A DNA stretch of 64,000 nt from Acidimicrobiia bacterium. Its GTDB lineage: Bacteria > Actinomycetota > Acidimicrobiia > Spongiisociales > ZC4RG35. Where the stretch lies: NCBI GenBank assembly GCA_026002975.1, contig BPGJ01000005.1, forward strand, positions 6,438-70,437, read 5' to 3'. A program made the translations under genes and the position numbers. This document shows, in pieces, positions 46,875 through 56,097 of this stretch; position 1 is the stretch's first letter; every line of letters begins with the position of its first letter. The notes beneath the pieces are model-generated. The model was not told the origin of the DNA and did no database searches. It worked only from the letters and a program-made list of their open reading frames with translations.

Positions 46875-49503
46875 ATGTCCGTGCTCACCAAGCTCCTCCG
46901 GGTAGGGGAGGGGCGTGTCCTCAAGGAGCTGGGCCGTCTCGCCGAGGCGGTCAATGCTCTCGAACCCGAATACGAGCAGCTCAGCGACGAGCAGCTCCGG
47001 GCCAAGACCACCGAGTTCCGGGAGCGGCTCGCCCGGGGAGCCACCCTCGACGACCTGGAGGTGGAGGCCTACGCAACGGTGAGGGAAGCCGCCAAACGGG
47101 TGTTGGGTCAGCGTCATTTCGACGTCCAGATCATGGGGGGTGGGGCGCTGCATAGGGGCATGGTCGCCGAGATGAAGACCGGTGAGGGCAAGACCCTGGT
47201 CTCGACGCTTCCCGTCTACCTCAACGCCTTGGAGGGCAAAGGCGTCCACGTGGTGACGGTCAACGACTACCTGGCTGCCCGAGACGCTGAATGGATGGGA
47301 GGGGTGCACCGGTTCCTGGGGTTGAGGGTGGGTCTCATCCAGGCGGGCATGTCCCCCGCCGAGCGGAAACCCGCCTACCAGGCCGACGTCACCTACGGAA
47401 CCAACAACGAGTTCGGTTTCGACTACCTGCGGGACAACATGGCGATGCGGCTGTCCGACATGGTGCAGCGGGGACACCACTACGCCATCGTCGACGAGGT
47501 GGATTCGATCCTCATCGACGAAGCCCGGACCCCGCTGATCATCTCCGGTCGGGTGGCCGACACCGCCCGCTGGTACAAGGAGTTCGCTCGGATCGCCCGG
47601 CGTCTGCGGCGGGACCTCCACTACGAGGTCGACGAGGCGAAGCGGCAGGTGCTGGTCACCGAGGAGGGCGTAGCCGCGGTGGAGGAGATGTTGGGGGTGG
47701 AGAACCTGTACGACCACGCCGCCGTCGACCTGGTCCACCACCTGGAGGTGGCGCTGAAAGCCAAGGAGCTGTACCACCGGGACGTCGACTACCTGATCGA
47801 CCGGGGCGAGGTGAAGATCGTCGACGAGTTCACCGGCCGGGTGTTGGAGGGTCGCCGCTACTCGGAGGGTCTGCATCAGGCGATCGAGGCGAAGGAGGGG
47901 GTGGCGATCCGCGACGAGAACCAGACCCTGGCCACCATCACCCTCCAGAACTACTTCCGCCTCTACGAGAAGCTGGCCGGGATGACCGGCACCGCCGAGA
48001 CCGAGGCGGCCGAGCTGGCCCAGATCTACGGCTTGGAGGTGGTGGTGATCCCCACCCATCGTCCGGTGATCCGGATCGACCAGCCCGACTTGGTCTACAA
48101 GACCGAGGAGGCCAAGTTCAGGGCGGTCGTCGACGACGTCAAGGAACGCCACGCCAGAGGCCAGCCGGTGCTGTTGGGAACCGTTTCGATCGAGAAGTCC
48201 GAACGCCTGTCCCGCATGCTCGACCGGGAGGGGATCCCCCACCAGGTCCTCAACGCCAAACACCACGCCAAGGAGGCGGAGATCATCGCCCAGGCGGGCC
48301 GGTCCGGGGCGGTGACCGTGGCCACCAACATGGCTGGTCGAGGCGTGGACATCATGCTGGGGGGCAACCCCGAGGGGTTGGCCAAGGTCGAGCTGAAGCG
48401 TCTGGGGATCGAACCCGACGACCCCGAGTACGAATCCAAGCTCACCGAGCTGACCGAACGATTCCGCCGGGACACCGAAGCCGACCGGGAGAAGGTGGTG
48501 GCGGCCGGGGGACTGTACGTGATCGGAACCGAACGGCACGAGTCGAGGCGGATCGACAACCAGCTCCGGGGTCGTTCCGGACGCCAAGGAGACCCGGGCG
48601 AGTCCCGTTTCTACCTGTCGTTGGAAGACGACTTGATGCGACGGTTTTCCGGGGAGAGGGTGGCGGCGATCATGGAACGGCTCCGCATCCCCGACGACAT
48701 GCCGATCGAACACAACATGGTCACCAAGGCGGTGGAGCGAGCCCAACGTCAGGTCGAATCTCAGAACTTCGAGATCCGCAAGAACGTCCTCAAATACGAC
48801 GAGGTGATGAACCGCCAAAGGGAGGTCATCTACCGCTGGCGGTCGGGGATCCTGGCCGGCGACCTGACCGACGACCTGGTGACGGAGTGGATCGACCGGG
48901 TGATAGAAGACGTGGTCCGCTCCCAGATCTCCGAAGACGTACCTCCCAGAGACTGGGACTGGGAGGGGTTGAGGAGGGAACTGGGTGTGTTCTTCGAAAC
49001 CGACCTGGGCCCTGAACGCTTCGACGGGCACCTCACGGTCGACGACGTGGTGGAACAGCGCCATCTCCGATGCCCACATGGCCTACAAGGAGAGGGAGAA
49101 GGAACTCGGCTCCGACGTGCTCCGCCAGGTGGAGAAGTCGGTGATGCTCCAGGTGATCGACGCCCGGTGGAGGGAACACCTGGCCGAGATGGACTACCTG
49201 AGAGCCGGGATCGGACTCCGGGCGATGGGCCAGCGGGACCCCCTCGCCGAGTACCAGCGGGAGGCCTACGACCTGTTCACCGACCTGGTGGCCCAAGTGA
49301 AGAGAGACGCGGTGCGCTACCTGTTTCACGTGCAGCTCGCGCAGCCCCGCACCCGGCCGGCTCCCACCGCTGCTCCCACCCCCACCCCTCGGGGGTCCCA
49401 GGCTCCGTCCCAGCCGGCCCGGGGAGACAAGGTGGGACGCAACGACCCCTGTCCCTGCGGTTCGGGCAAGAAGTACAAGCGGTGCCACGGGGCCGTCAGC
49501 TGA
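46875..49503 (+). CDS. secA: preprotein translocase ATPase SecA; coding sequence needs a +1 frame change at about 49056-49064
   Basis: N-terminus [22 protein letters not shown]; Walker A MKTGEGKT. The DEAD-like helicase, preprotein-binding and helical scaffold domains lie in frame 0 up to ...[22 protein letters not shown]. The conserved C-terminus ([17 protein letters not shown]...[29 protein letters not shown]...[19 protein letters not shown] zinc tail) continues in frame 1 and ends at 49503. Frame 0 instead runs into low-complexity read-through to 49643. Confidence 0.9.
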
Positions 49504-49530
49504 GACGGACCCCGATACCATGTCGGTCCG

Positions 49531-50653
49531 ATGAACGAGATCACAGACCCCCGGGCCACCTTGGCCGAACTGCGCCAACGTCTCGACGAGGCCAGGAGGT
49601 TCCTTTGACGTTCCCGGTAAGCAGGCCGAAGCCGAGAGGCTGAAGGAAGAGTCGGCCCGGCCCGACTTCTGGGACGACCCCGACCATGCCCGGGTCGTGA
49701 CCCAGAAGCTGTCCCGCTACGAGGAGCTGTTCGGGCTGATCACGTCGCTCGAGCAGATCCTGGACGACTGCGACGTACTCCTCGAGTTCGGCGACCCCGA
49801 ATCCCGGGAGGAGGCGATCGGTCTGTTGGCGAGGGCCGACTGGGAGCTGGCCGGGCTGGAGAGGGAGTCGCTGTTCTTCGGCGAGTACGACGACTACCCG
49901 GCGATCTTGTCCATCCACGCAGGAGCGGGCGGGGTGGACGCCCAGGACTGGGCCGCCATGCTGTTCCGCATGTATCGCCGATATCTGGAAGACAAGGGTT
50001 TCCGGGTGACGGTCGACGAGGTCACCGAAGGGGAGGAGGCCGGGATCAAATCGGCGACGATGACGGTGGAGGGCGACCACGCCTACGGGATCCTGGAAGG
50101 GGAGCGGGGCACCCACCGTCTGGTCAGGATCAGCCCCTTCGACGCCAACGCCCGCCGCCACACCTCTTTCGCCGGTGTCGACGTGGTTCCCGACATGGGC
50201 GACGAGGTCGACATCGAGATCGACGAGAAGGATCTGCGGATCGACACCTACCGTTCCCAAGGGGCCGGCGGCCAACATGTGAACACGACCGACTCGGCGG
50301 TGCGGATAACCCACCTACCCACCGGCATCGTCGTCTCCTGCCAGAACGAACGGTCCCAACTACAGAACAAGGCCCGGGCGATGGCGATCCTGAAGGCGAA
50401 ACTGGCCGAGAGGGCGCGGCAGGAGCAGAGGGCTCAGCTCGACGAGATCCGGGGCGAACAGGGCGAGGCGGCCTGGGGACGCCAGATCCGGTCCTACGTC
50501 CTCCAGCCGTACCAGCTGGTCAAGGACCTGCGCACCGGGGTGGAGATCGGAAACGTCCAGGCGGTGCTCGACGGCGAACTCGACGAGCTCATCGAGGGCT
50601 ACCTCAGATGGCGCAGGGCCCGCCACGAGCAGGGCGTCGCCCTGGCCGAATGA
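49531..50653 (+). CDS. prfB: peptide chain release factor 2, expressed via the canonical programmed +1 ribosomal frameshift (join 49531..49605, 49607..50653)
   Basis: ORF0 [25 protein letters not shown] ends at in-frame TGA 49606-49608. The slip site is CTT TGA C, preceded by the internal Shine-Dalgarno sequence AGGAGG at 49594-49599. The +1 frame continues [41 protein letters not shown]...[17 protein letters not shown]...[15 protein letters not shown] (GGQ motif). Confidence 0.9.
49594..49609 (+). other. prfB programmed-frameshift cassette: AGGAGG, 3-nt spacer, CUU UGA C
   Basis: The motif matches the autoregulatory RF2 frameshift element conserved across bacteria. Confidence 0.85.
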
Positions 50654-50734
50654 TTCGGCCTCCATACCAGGGGTTGGTAGCCTGAATTCGCATCGAACGA
50701 GGGCGCCGTCGTCGGCGCGGCCGGAGGGTTTCCA

Positions 50735-51466
50735 TTGATCCGACTCGAGGACGTCACCAAGGTCTACGAAGGGGGAGTGGTCGCGGTCCGCGACATCTCC
50801 CTCGACATCCAGCGGGGCGAGTTCGTGTTCCTGGTGGGCCCATCCGGCTCGGGCAAGTCCACCCTGATACGACTGATGCTGCGCCAAGAGCCGGTCACAC
50901 GAGGGACCATCTGGGTGGCGGGCAAGGACATCACCAAGCTCCCCGCCTGGAAGGTTCCCTATCTGCGCCGCTCGATCGGCACCGTCTTCCAGGACTTCAA
51001 GCTGCTACCCAACAAGACGGTGTTCGAGAACGTCGCCTTCGCCCTGGAGGTTCTCGGCCGGCCCCGTTCGGTGATCCGCCCCCACGTGACCCAGGTGTTG
51101 GAGCTGGTCGGATTGGCCGACAAGGCAGACCGCTACCCCAGGCAGCTCTCGGGTGGTGAGCAGCAGCGGGTTTCGATCGCCCGGGCCTTCGTCAACCGGC
51201 CGCCGATCCTGCTGGCCGACGAGCCCACCGGAAACCTGGACCCGGCCACCTCGGTGGGGATCATGCGCCTCCTCGACCGGATCAACCGCACCGGCACCAC
51301 GGTGGTGATGGCCACCCACGACCACGCCATCGTCGACGCCATGCAGCGCCGGGTGGTGGCCCTGTCCGAGGGAAGGATCCTCCGTGACGACGCCACCGGC
51401 CGATACGAGGCGGTGCTGCGGGGCGCTCCTGCGCCGACCGAGAAGGGAGCGGAGGAACAGGCATGA
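50735..51466 (+). CDS. ftsE: cell-division ABC transporter ATP-binding protein FtsE
   Basis: Walker [10 protein letters not shown], signature [14 protein letters not shown], Walker [16 protein letters not shown] start. Followed by ftsX with an ATGA overlap. Confidence 0.9.
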   Translation: MIRLEDVTKVYEGGVVAVRDISLDIQRGEFVFLVGPSGSGKSTLIRLMLRQEPVTRGTIWVAGKDITKLPAWKVPYLRRSIGTVFQDFKLLPNKTVFENVAFALEVLGRPRSVIRPHVTQVLELVGLADKADRYPRQLSGGEQQRVSIARAFVNRPPILLADEPTGNLDPATSVGIMRLLDRINRTGTTVVMATHDHAIVDAMQRRVVALSEGRILRDDATGRYEAVLRGAPAPTEKGAEEQA

Positions 51467-52380
51467 GCCGCCTGGCTTTCCTCGTCAGGGAGGCGCTCGT
51501 CAACCTCAGGCGCAACGCCCTGGTGGTCACCGGGGCGGTCCTGGCGGTGTTCATCTCACTGTCACTCGCCTTCGGTGCGTTGGTCCTCAACGAGCTGCTC
51601 CGCATCAACACGCTGGCCTGGCAGGAAGGGACCCACGTGGTGGCCTTCTTGAAGGACCCGGCGGAAGGGGGACTAGACCAGGCCGGGCAGCTCGCCCTGA
51701 TGGCGGAGATCGAAGCCTGGGACGAGGTGAGGTCGGTCAGATACGTCGACAAGGCCCAAGCCTACGAGGAGTTCCGTCAACTGTTCGCCGACCGTCCCGA
51801 ACTGATCGAGACGGTCAACCCGGCGGTCCTACCCGCCTCGTATCGGATCGAACTGACCGACATCGACCTGTACCGGGACGTGGTGTTCCGGCTGCGGGCC
51901 ATGCCGGCCGTCTTGGAGGTCCGCTCCTTCGGGGAGCAGATCGATCAGCTCTCCACACTGTCGACCGTGCTCAACTTCCTGGGCCTCGGTCTGGCCCTGG
52001 TGTTGGGCGTCTCGGCGGTGATCCTCATCGCCAACACCATCCGCATGGCGATCTACGCCCGGCGGGAAGAGGTGTCGATAATGAAGCTAGTGGGGGCTTC
52101 CAACTGGTTCATCAGGGTTCCCTTCCTCCTCGAGGGGCTGATCGAGGGGCTGCTCGGGGCGGGGTTGTCGGTGCTGACCGTCTGGATCGCCGCCCAGAAC
52201 CTGCGAACCCTGGGATCCAGCATCCCGCTGATCAGATTCACGATCTCGGACCAGTTCTTCCTGCGCTGGGGAGTCCTGTTCCTGTTGTTCGGGGCCACCG
52301 CAGGCGTGGTCGGGTCGTTGCTCGGCCTGAGCCGCTACCTGCGTGAAGCGGACGGCGGAGCCAAACCGGGAACCGTCTGA
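51463..52380 (+). CDS. ftsX: cell-division permease-like protein FtsX
   Basis: 305 aa. One N-terminal transmembrane segment, a periplasmic domain, then three C-terminal transmembrane segments (FtsX-like permease family). Located between ftsE and the M23 peptidase. Confidence 0.9.
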   Translation: MSRLAFLVREALVNLRRNALVVTGAVLAVFISLSLAFGALVLNELLRINTLAWQEGTHVVAFLKDPAEGGLDQAGQLALMAEIEAWDEVRSVRYVDKAQAYEEFRQLFADRPELIETVNPAVLPASYRIELTDIDLYRDVVFRLRAMPAVLEVRSFGEQIDQLSTLSTVLNFLGLGLALVLGVSAVILIANTIRMAIYARREEVSIMKLVGASNWFIRVPFLLEGLIEGLLGAGLSVLTVWIAAQNLRTLGSSIPLIRFTISDQFFLRWGVLFLLFGATAGVVGSLLGLSRYLREADGGAKPGTV

Positions 52381-52381
52381 C

Positions 52382-53578
52382 ATGGCCCGACGGGCAGCGC
52401 TGCTCGTGGTAGCGGCTCTCGTCTCCGCCCTGATCCAGCCGGGGGCGTGGGCCCACGATCCCACCGAGGAGTTGGAGCAGGTCCAGCGGGAGATCGCAGC
52501 GATCACCGCGCAGATCGACCAAGCCCGCCAGGAGAGCCGGAGGCTCGCCGGTGAACTGGCAGCGGCTCAACAGGCGCTGGCCGCCGCGCAAGCCGAAGTC
52601 GCAGCGGCCCAGGCCGAAGTGGACGCCATCCGGGCGGACATAGCCGCGGCCGAGAGCCAACGCGACGTCATCCTGGGCAAGATCGAAGCAGTCTCCGAGG
52701 AGCTGGCCACCACCCAGGCGAGTATCCGATCCACCCGCCACACCCTCGAGGTGAGGGCGGTGTCCCTCTACATGGACGCATCGGCGTCGATGGTCCCGGT
52801 GGTGCTCTCCTTCGAGTCGGCGGCCGAGGCGGCGGTGGGACTGGCATACACGGGGGGGCTAGCCGAGGACAGCCAGGACCTCCTGGCCACCTACCGGTTG
52901 CTCCTCAGGGAAGAAGAACGTCAAAAGGCCATCCTGGAGGAAGCCCGGGCCGAGGTGGAGGAGCTGCTCACCCGACTGGACCAGGAGCGGGTCCGGCTCG
53001 AGGAGGAGGCGGCCCGCCTCGAAGCCGCTCGGCAGGCGGCCGAGGAGAAACTGTCGGAGATCCGAACGTTCCTCGATCGGCTCAACGCCGAGATCGCCGC
53101 CGCCGAACAGCACAAGGAGGGTCTCGAAGCCGACGCCAAGCGGCTCGAAGCCGAGATAGCGGCCCGACAGCAGACCGGAGGTCAGGCACCCGGGAAGCTG
53201 GCCTGGCCGGTGTCGGGCTGGGTGTCGTCGCCGTTCGGCTACCGGGTGCATCCGATCTTCGGCACCCGACGTCTCCATACGGGCATCGACATCGCGGCTG
53301 CCTACGGCTCCCGTATCGGCGCGGCTGGTCCGGGAACGGTCATCCTCGCCGGTCCCTACGGCGGATACGGCAACGCGGTGGTGATCGATCACGGTGGCGG
53401 CTTGTCGACCCTCTACGCCCACCAGTCGAGGATCGCCGTGTCGGTGGGCCAGACCTTGGGCACCGGAGACACGGTGGGTTACGTCGGCTGTACCGGCTTC
53501 TGCACCGGAGCCCACCTCCACTTCGAGACCCGGGAGAACGGCGTCCCGGTGGACCCCATGAAATATCTGGGAGGGTGA
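52382..53578 (+). CDS. secreted coiled-coil + M23 (LytM-type) peptidoglycan endopeptidase (FtsEX-partner hydrolase, RipC/PcsB/EnvC-like architecture)
   Basis: Signal peptide MARRAALLVVAALVSALIQPGAWAHD. About 250 aa of heptad-rich coiled coil. C-terminal M23 domain with HTGIDIAAAYGSRIGAAGPGTVI...GCTGFCTGAHLHFE. Confidence 0.85.
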   Translation: MARRAALLVVAALVSALIQPGAWAHDPTEELEQVQREIAAITAQIDQARQESRRLAGELAAAQQALAAAQAEVAAAQAEVDAIRADIAAAESQRDVILGKIEAVSEELATTQASIRSTRHTLEVRAVSLYMDASASMVPVVLSFESAAEAAVGLAYTGGLAEDSQDLLATYRLLLREEERQKAILEEARAEVEELLTRLDQERVRLEEEAARLEAARQAAEEKLSEIRTFLDRLNAEIAAAEQHKEGLEADAKRLEAEIAARQQTGGQAPGKLAWPVSGWVSSPFGYRVHPIFGTRRLHTGIDIAAAYGSRIGAAGPGTVILAGPYGGYGNAVVIDHGGGLSTLYAHQSRIAVSVGQTLGTGDTVGYVGCTGFCTGAHLHFETRENGVPVDPMKYLGG

Positions 53579-53579
53579 C

Positions 53580-54035
53580 GTGGTCGCTCGCAAGATCGTC
53601 GCCACCAATCGAAGGGCTCGCCACGACTACGAGATCCTCGAGACCTACGAAGCCGGCCTGGTGCTGGAGGGCTCGGAGGTGAAGAGCCTCCGGGAAGGGA
53701 AGGCCAACCTGAAGGATTCGTTCGCCCACGTCAAGGGCGGGGAGGTGTGGCTGGAAGGCATGTACGTCGCGCCGTACGAGTTCTCGCGGGGTGGGGGACA
53801 CGACCCCGAACGGCCTCGGAAGCTGCTGCTGCACCGGAGGGAGATCGACAAGATCGCAGGTCGTCTGGCCGAGAAGGGGCTGACCCTGGTGCCTCTGAGC
53901 CTCTACTTCACGGAAGGGAAAGCCAAGGTGGAGCTGGGTTTGGCCCGGGGGCGGCGGACCGTCGACAAGCGCCGGGCGATCAAAGAGAGAGAGCAGCAAC
54001 GGGAGATGGACCGGGCACTGCGCAGATTCAGGTGA
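53580..54035 (+). CDS. smpB: SsrA-binding protein SmpB
   Basis: VATNRRARHDYEILETYEAGLVLEGSEVKSLREGKANLKDSFA...LLLHRREIDKI. 151 aa. Confidence 0.95.
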   Translation: MVARKIVATNRRARHDYEILETYEAGLVLEGSEVKSLREGKANLKDSFAHVKGGEVWLEGMYVAPYEFSRGGGHDPERPRKLLLHRREIDKIAGRLAEKGLTLVPLSLYFTEGKAKVELGLARGRRTVDKRRAIKEREQQREMDRALRRFR

Positions 54036-54050
54036 GCCGCCGACATGAGA

Positions 54051-54090
54051 AGAGGAGGAACGGGGCGGGTCCGTTCCTCCTCTCTGTTGG
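54051..54090. terminator. bidirectional rho-independent terminator (13-bp perfect stem AGAGGAGGAACGG/CCGTTCCTCCTCT, loop GGCGGGT)
   Basis: Located between the convergent smpB (ends 54035) and the minus-strand secreted-protein gene (ends 54114). Followed by TCTGTTGGGGG on the plus strand. Confidence 0.45.
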
Positions 54091-54113
54091 GGGCGGTAGC
54101 GGGCAGTCGGTGG

Positions 54114-54707
54114 TCAGTCGTCGCCGCCGGGTTTGCCGGCCCACGGAGGTTTGCCCTTACCGGTCCGGCTCTCCTTTAAAGCCTGCCGCTCGGCTTTCAT
54201 CTCGGAGACCCATTCGGGAGGGCCGGCCGAGGAGTCGTCTCGGCCCTTCACGCAGGTGGTGGGGAAGGCCTCCAGATCGAGCTCGGCCGAGAGTTCGTCC
54301 TTGCCGAGGTCGGACTGGGCGATCCAGCGGACCAGGCATCCGATGCCACCCTCCCAGCCGCTCGCTTTTACCGAGTGGACGAAGGCCGAGACGAAGGAGC
54401 CGTGGTTGATCACACCGTCCTCGTTGGGTTCGACCGTGACCGCGGTGAGGGTGCATTCGGAGCCTTCCACCAGTTTGACGTCGGCCACCTCGACGGTGAT
54501 GGTCTCGCCGTTGGAGCATTCCAGTTCGAGGGTGCCCCCCTCGTCCTCCTCGACCTCCACCGTTCCCCAGTAGAGGGTGGCGGTGTCGTCCTCGTTCTGC
54601 ACCGCTCCCTCCATCAGAACGGTGTCGGTTTCGGGGGCGGCCGCCGCGGTCAGCCCCGACCCGAGGACCAGGCCTGCCACGGCCAGCCAGATGGTCGACT
54701 TCCTCAT
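54114..54707 (-). CDS. hypothetical secreted Cys-containing protein (197 aa) inserted between smpB and ssrA
   Basis: GGAGG ribosome-binding site, signal peptide MRKSTIWLAVAGLVLGSGLTAAAA, acidic mature protein with 4 Cys. No recognisable domain. Confidence 0.55.
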   Translation of the reverse strand: MRKSTIWLAVAGLVLGSGLTAAAAPETDTVLMEGAVQNEDDTATLYWGTVEVEEDEGGTLELECSNGETITVEVADVKLVEGSECTLTAVTVEPNEDGVINHGSFVSAFVHSVKASGWEGGIGCLVRWIAQSDLGKDELSAELDLEAFPTTCVKGRDDSSAGPPEWVSEMKAERQALKESRTGKGKPPWAGKPGGDD

Positions 54708-54815
54708 CGAAAAACCTCCGATACGACGTTACGTGAGAACAGTCGACGCAGAGTGGTTGGCGTTACAAGGAATCCCCAGAAGATGGGATGGGTTGTATAG
54801 TGACGAGAGCGCCTC

Positions 54816-55170
54816 GGGGGTGAACTGGATTCGACGTTGAGTGTTGAGGCGCCGGAAGCGAGCCGAGGTCGCCGGAGTCCTCGTTAAACAGCCGGCACAC
54901 ACAAACAAGTGCCAAGCCTCAGCTTGCACTGGCTGCCTGATTAACGGCTAGCCCGTCCGCCCGGTGGGTGCCCGCCTCGCCGGTGTCGGGCGTCGCAAAG
55001 CGGGATGCCGCCGCCGGGGGGCCGCGACCGGTGGCGAAAGACCAAGCGGCTCGGGCAGGTGGAAACTGGCCGTCAGAGTCCACCTCGCCGACAGCTCGCT
55101 GACGGCTGCGCTCGGAGATGCCGGCGCCGACGGCTCAGCGGACCGGGGTTCGATTCCCCGCACCTCCACC
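54816..55170 (+). ncRNA. ssrA: transfer-messenger RNA (tmRNA, ssrA)
   Basis: 5' end GGGGGUGAACUGGAUUCGACG pairs with 3' CACCUCC-A-CC to form a 7-bp acceptor stem with the G3:U alanine identity pair. T-arm GGGGUUCGAUUCCCC. Internal tag reading frame ...SAKPQLALAA ends in ALAA plus TGA at 54938-54940. Length 355 nt, directly downstream of smpB. Confidence 0.85.
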
Positions 55171-55172
55171 GG

Positions 55173-55866
55173 TCACCGGATGATGACGTCCGAGAGATCC
55201 TCGGTCGGCTCGGGCCAGCGAAGGTCGAGCCTCTCGAGGGTCCGTACGAGGATCGCAGAGACCACCACGTTCCGGTACCACTTCCGGTCGGCAGGGACCA
55301 CGTACCAGGGTGCATGTTCGGTTGTGGTGCGCCGGATCGCCTCCTGGTAGGCGGCCTGGTACTCGTCCCAGAGAGCCCGGTCGTCCAGGTCACCGGGGTT
55401 GAACTTCCACCGTTTCCGCGGGTCGTCGAGGCGGGCTTGGAGGCGTTTGGCCTGCTCTTCCTTCGATATGTGGAGGAACAGCTTGAGGATGGTGGTGCCC
55501 TCGTCGGCCAGGAGTCTCTCGAACCCGACTATGTGCTCGTACCGGTGGCGCCATCGGTCTTCCGGTACCAGCCGTTTCACCCGGACTACGAGGACGTCCT
55601 CGTAGTGGCTTCGGTTGAAGATGGCGATCTCGCCGTCGGCCTGGGGTGTGCGGGTGGACCCGCCACAGGTAGTCGTGGGCCAGTTCGGTTGGGGTGGGCT
55701 TCTTGAACGACGCAACCCTCACCCCTTGAGGGTTGGTGCCGTCGAACACGTGGCGGATGGTGCCGTCCTTGCCGCCGGTGTCCATCGCCTGGAGGACCAC
55801 CAGGAGCTTGTGGCGACCGTCGGCGTAGAGGAGCTCCTGGAGTTCCTCCAGCCGGGCGTTGAGCAC
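55173..55866 (-). pseudogene. ppk2: polyphosphate kinase 2 (PPK2 family) with an apparent single-base frameshift near 55641-55653
   Basis: The N-terminal half (ORF 55390..55866) carries the PPK2 P-loop LLVVLQAMDTGGKDGTIRHV...ELAHDYLWRVH. The C-terminal half (ORF 55173..55715, other frame) carries GEIAIFNRSHYEDVLVVRV...KRWKFNPGDLDDRALWDEYQAAYQEA...WYVVPADRKWYRN. Its stop is 2 nt from the tmRNA 3' end. Confidence 0.75.
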
Positions 55867-56055
55867 GGCGAGGATCTTCCTCCCGGCCTTCTTGCCTTCG
55901 GGTACCAGAGGATGCTCGCCGGGGTCGACCGCGGCCAGGTCGAAATCCGAACCCGCTCGGTAGCGCTCCTCGGCGGCGTCGAGTAGGGCTCGATGGTCGA
56001 TGGTGCCTCCCTTGCGGTTTAGGGCAGCCTAGGCCGGTGGTTCGCGCCCGCCCAG

Positions 56056-56075
56056 CTTTCAATTAGCATTGAAAG
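56056..56075. promoter_or_regulatory. perfect palindromic operator candidate CTTTCAAT-TAGC-ATTGAAAG upstream of the ABC-2 transporter operon
   Basis: 8-4-8 perfect inverted repeat in an AT-rich island, 22 nt upstream of the ATG at 56098. Typical of a dimeric HTH repressor site overlapping a -10 region. Confidence 0.4.
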
Positions 56076-56097
56076 TTCACATGAGGCAGATGCACCG

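Noticed and set aside
54708-54815. Promoter for ssrA (TTACAA ... TGTATAGT)
   Set aside because: The spacing between the TTACAA and TATAGT hexamers is about 27 nt. Only an extended -10-like TGTATAGT is credible, which is too weak to annotate as a feature.
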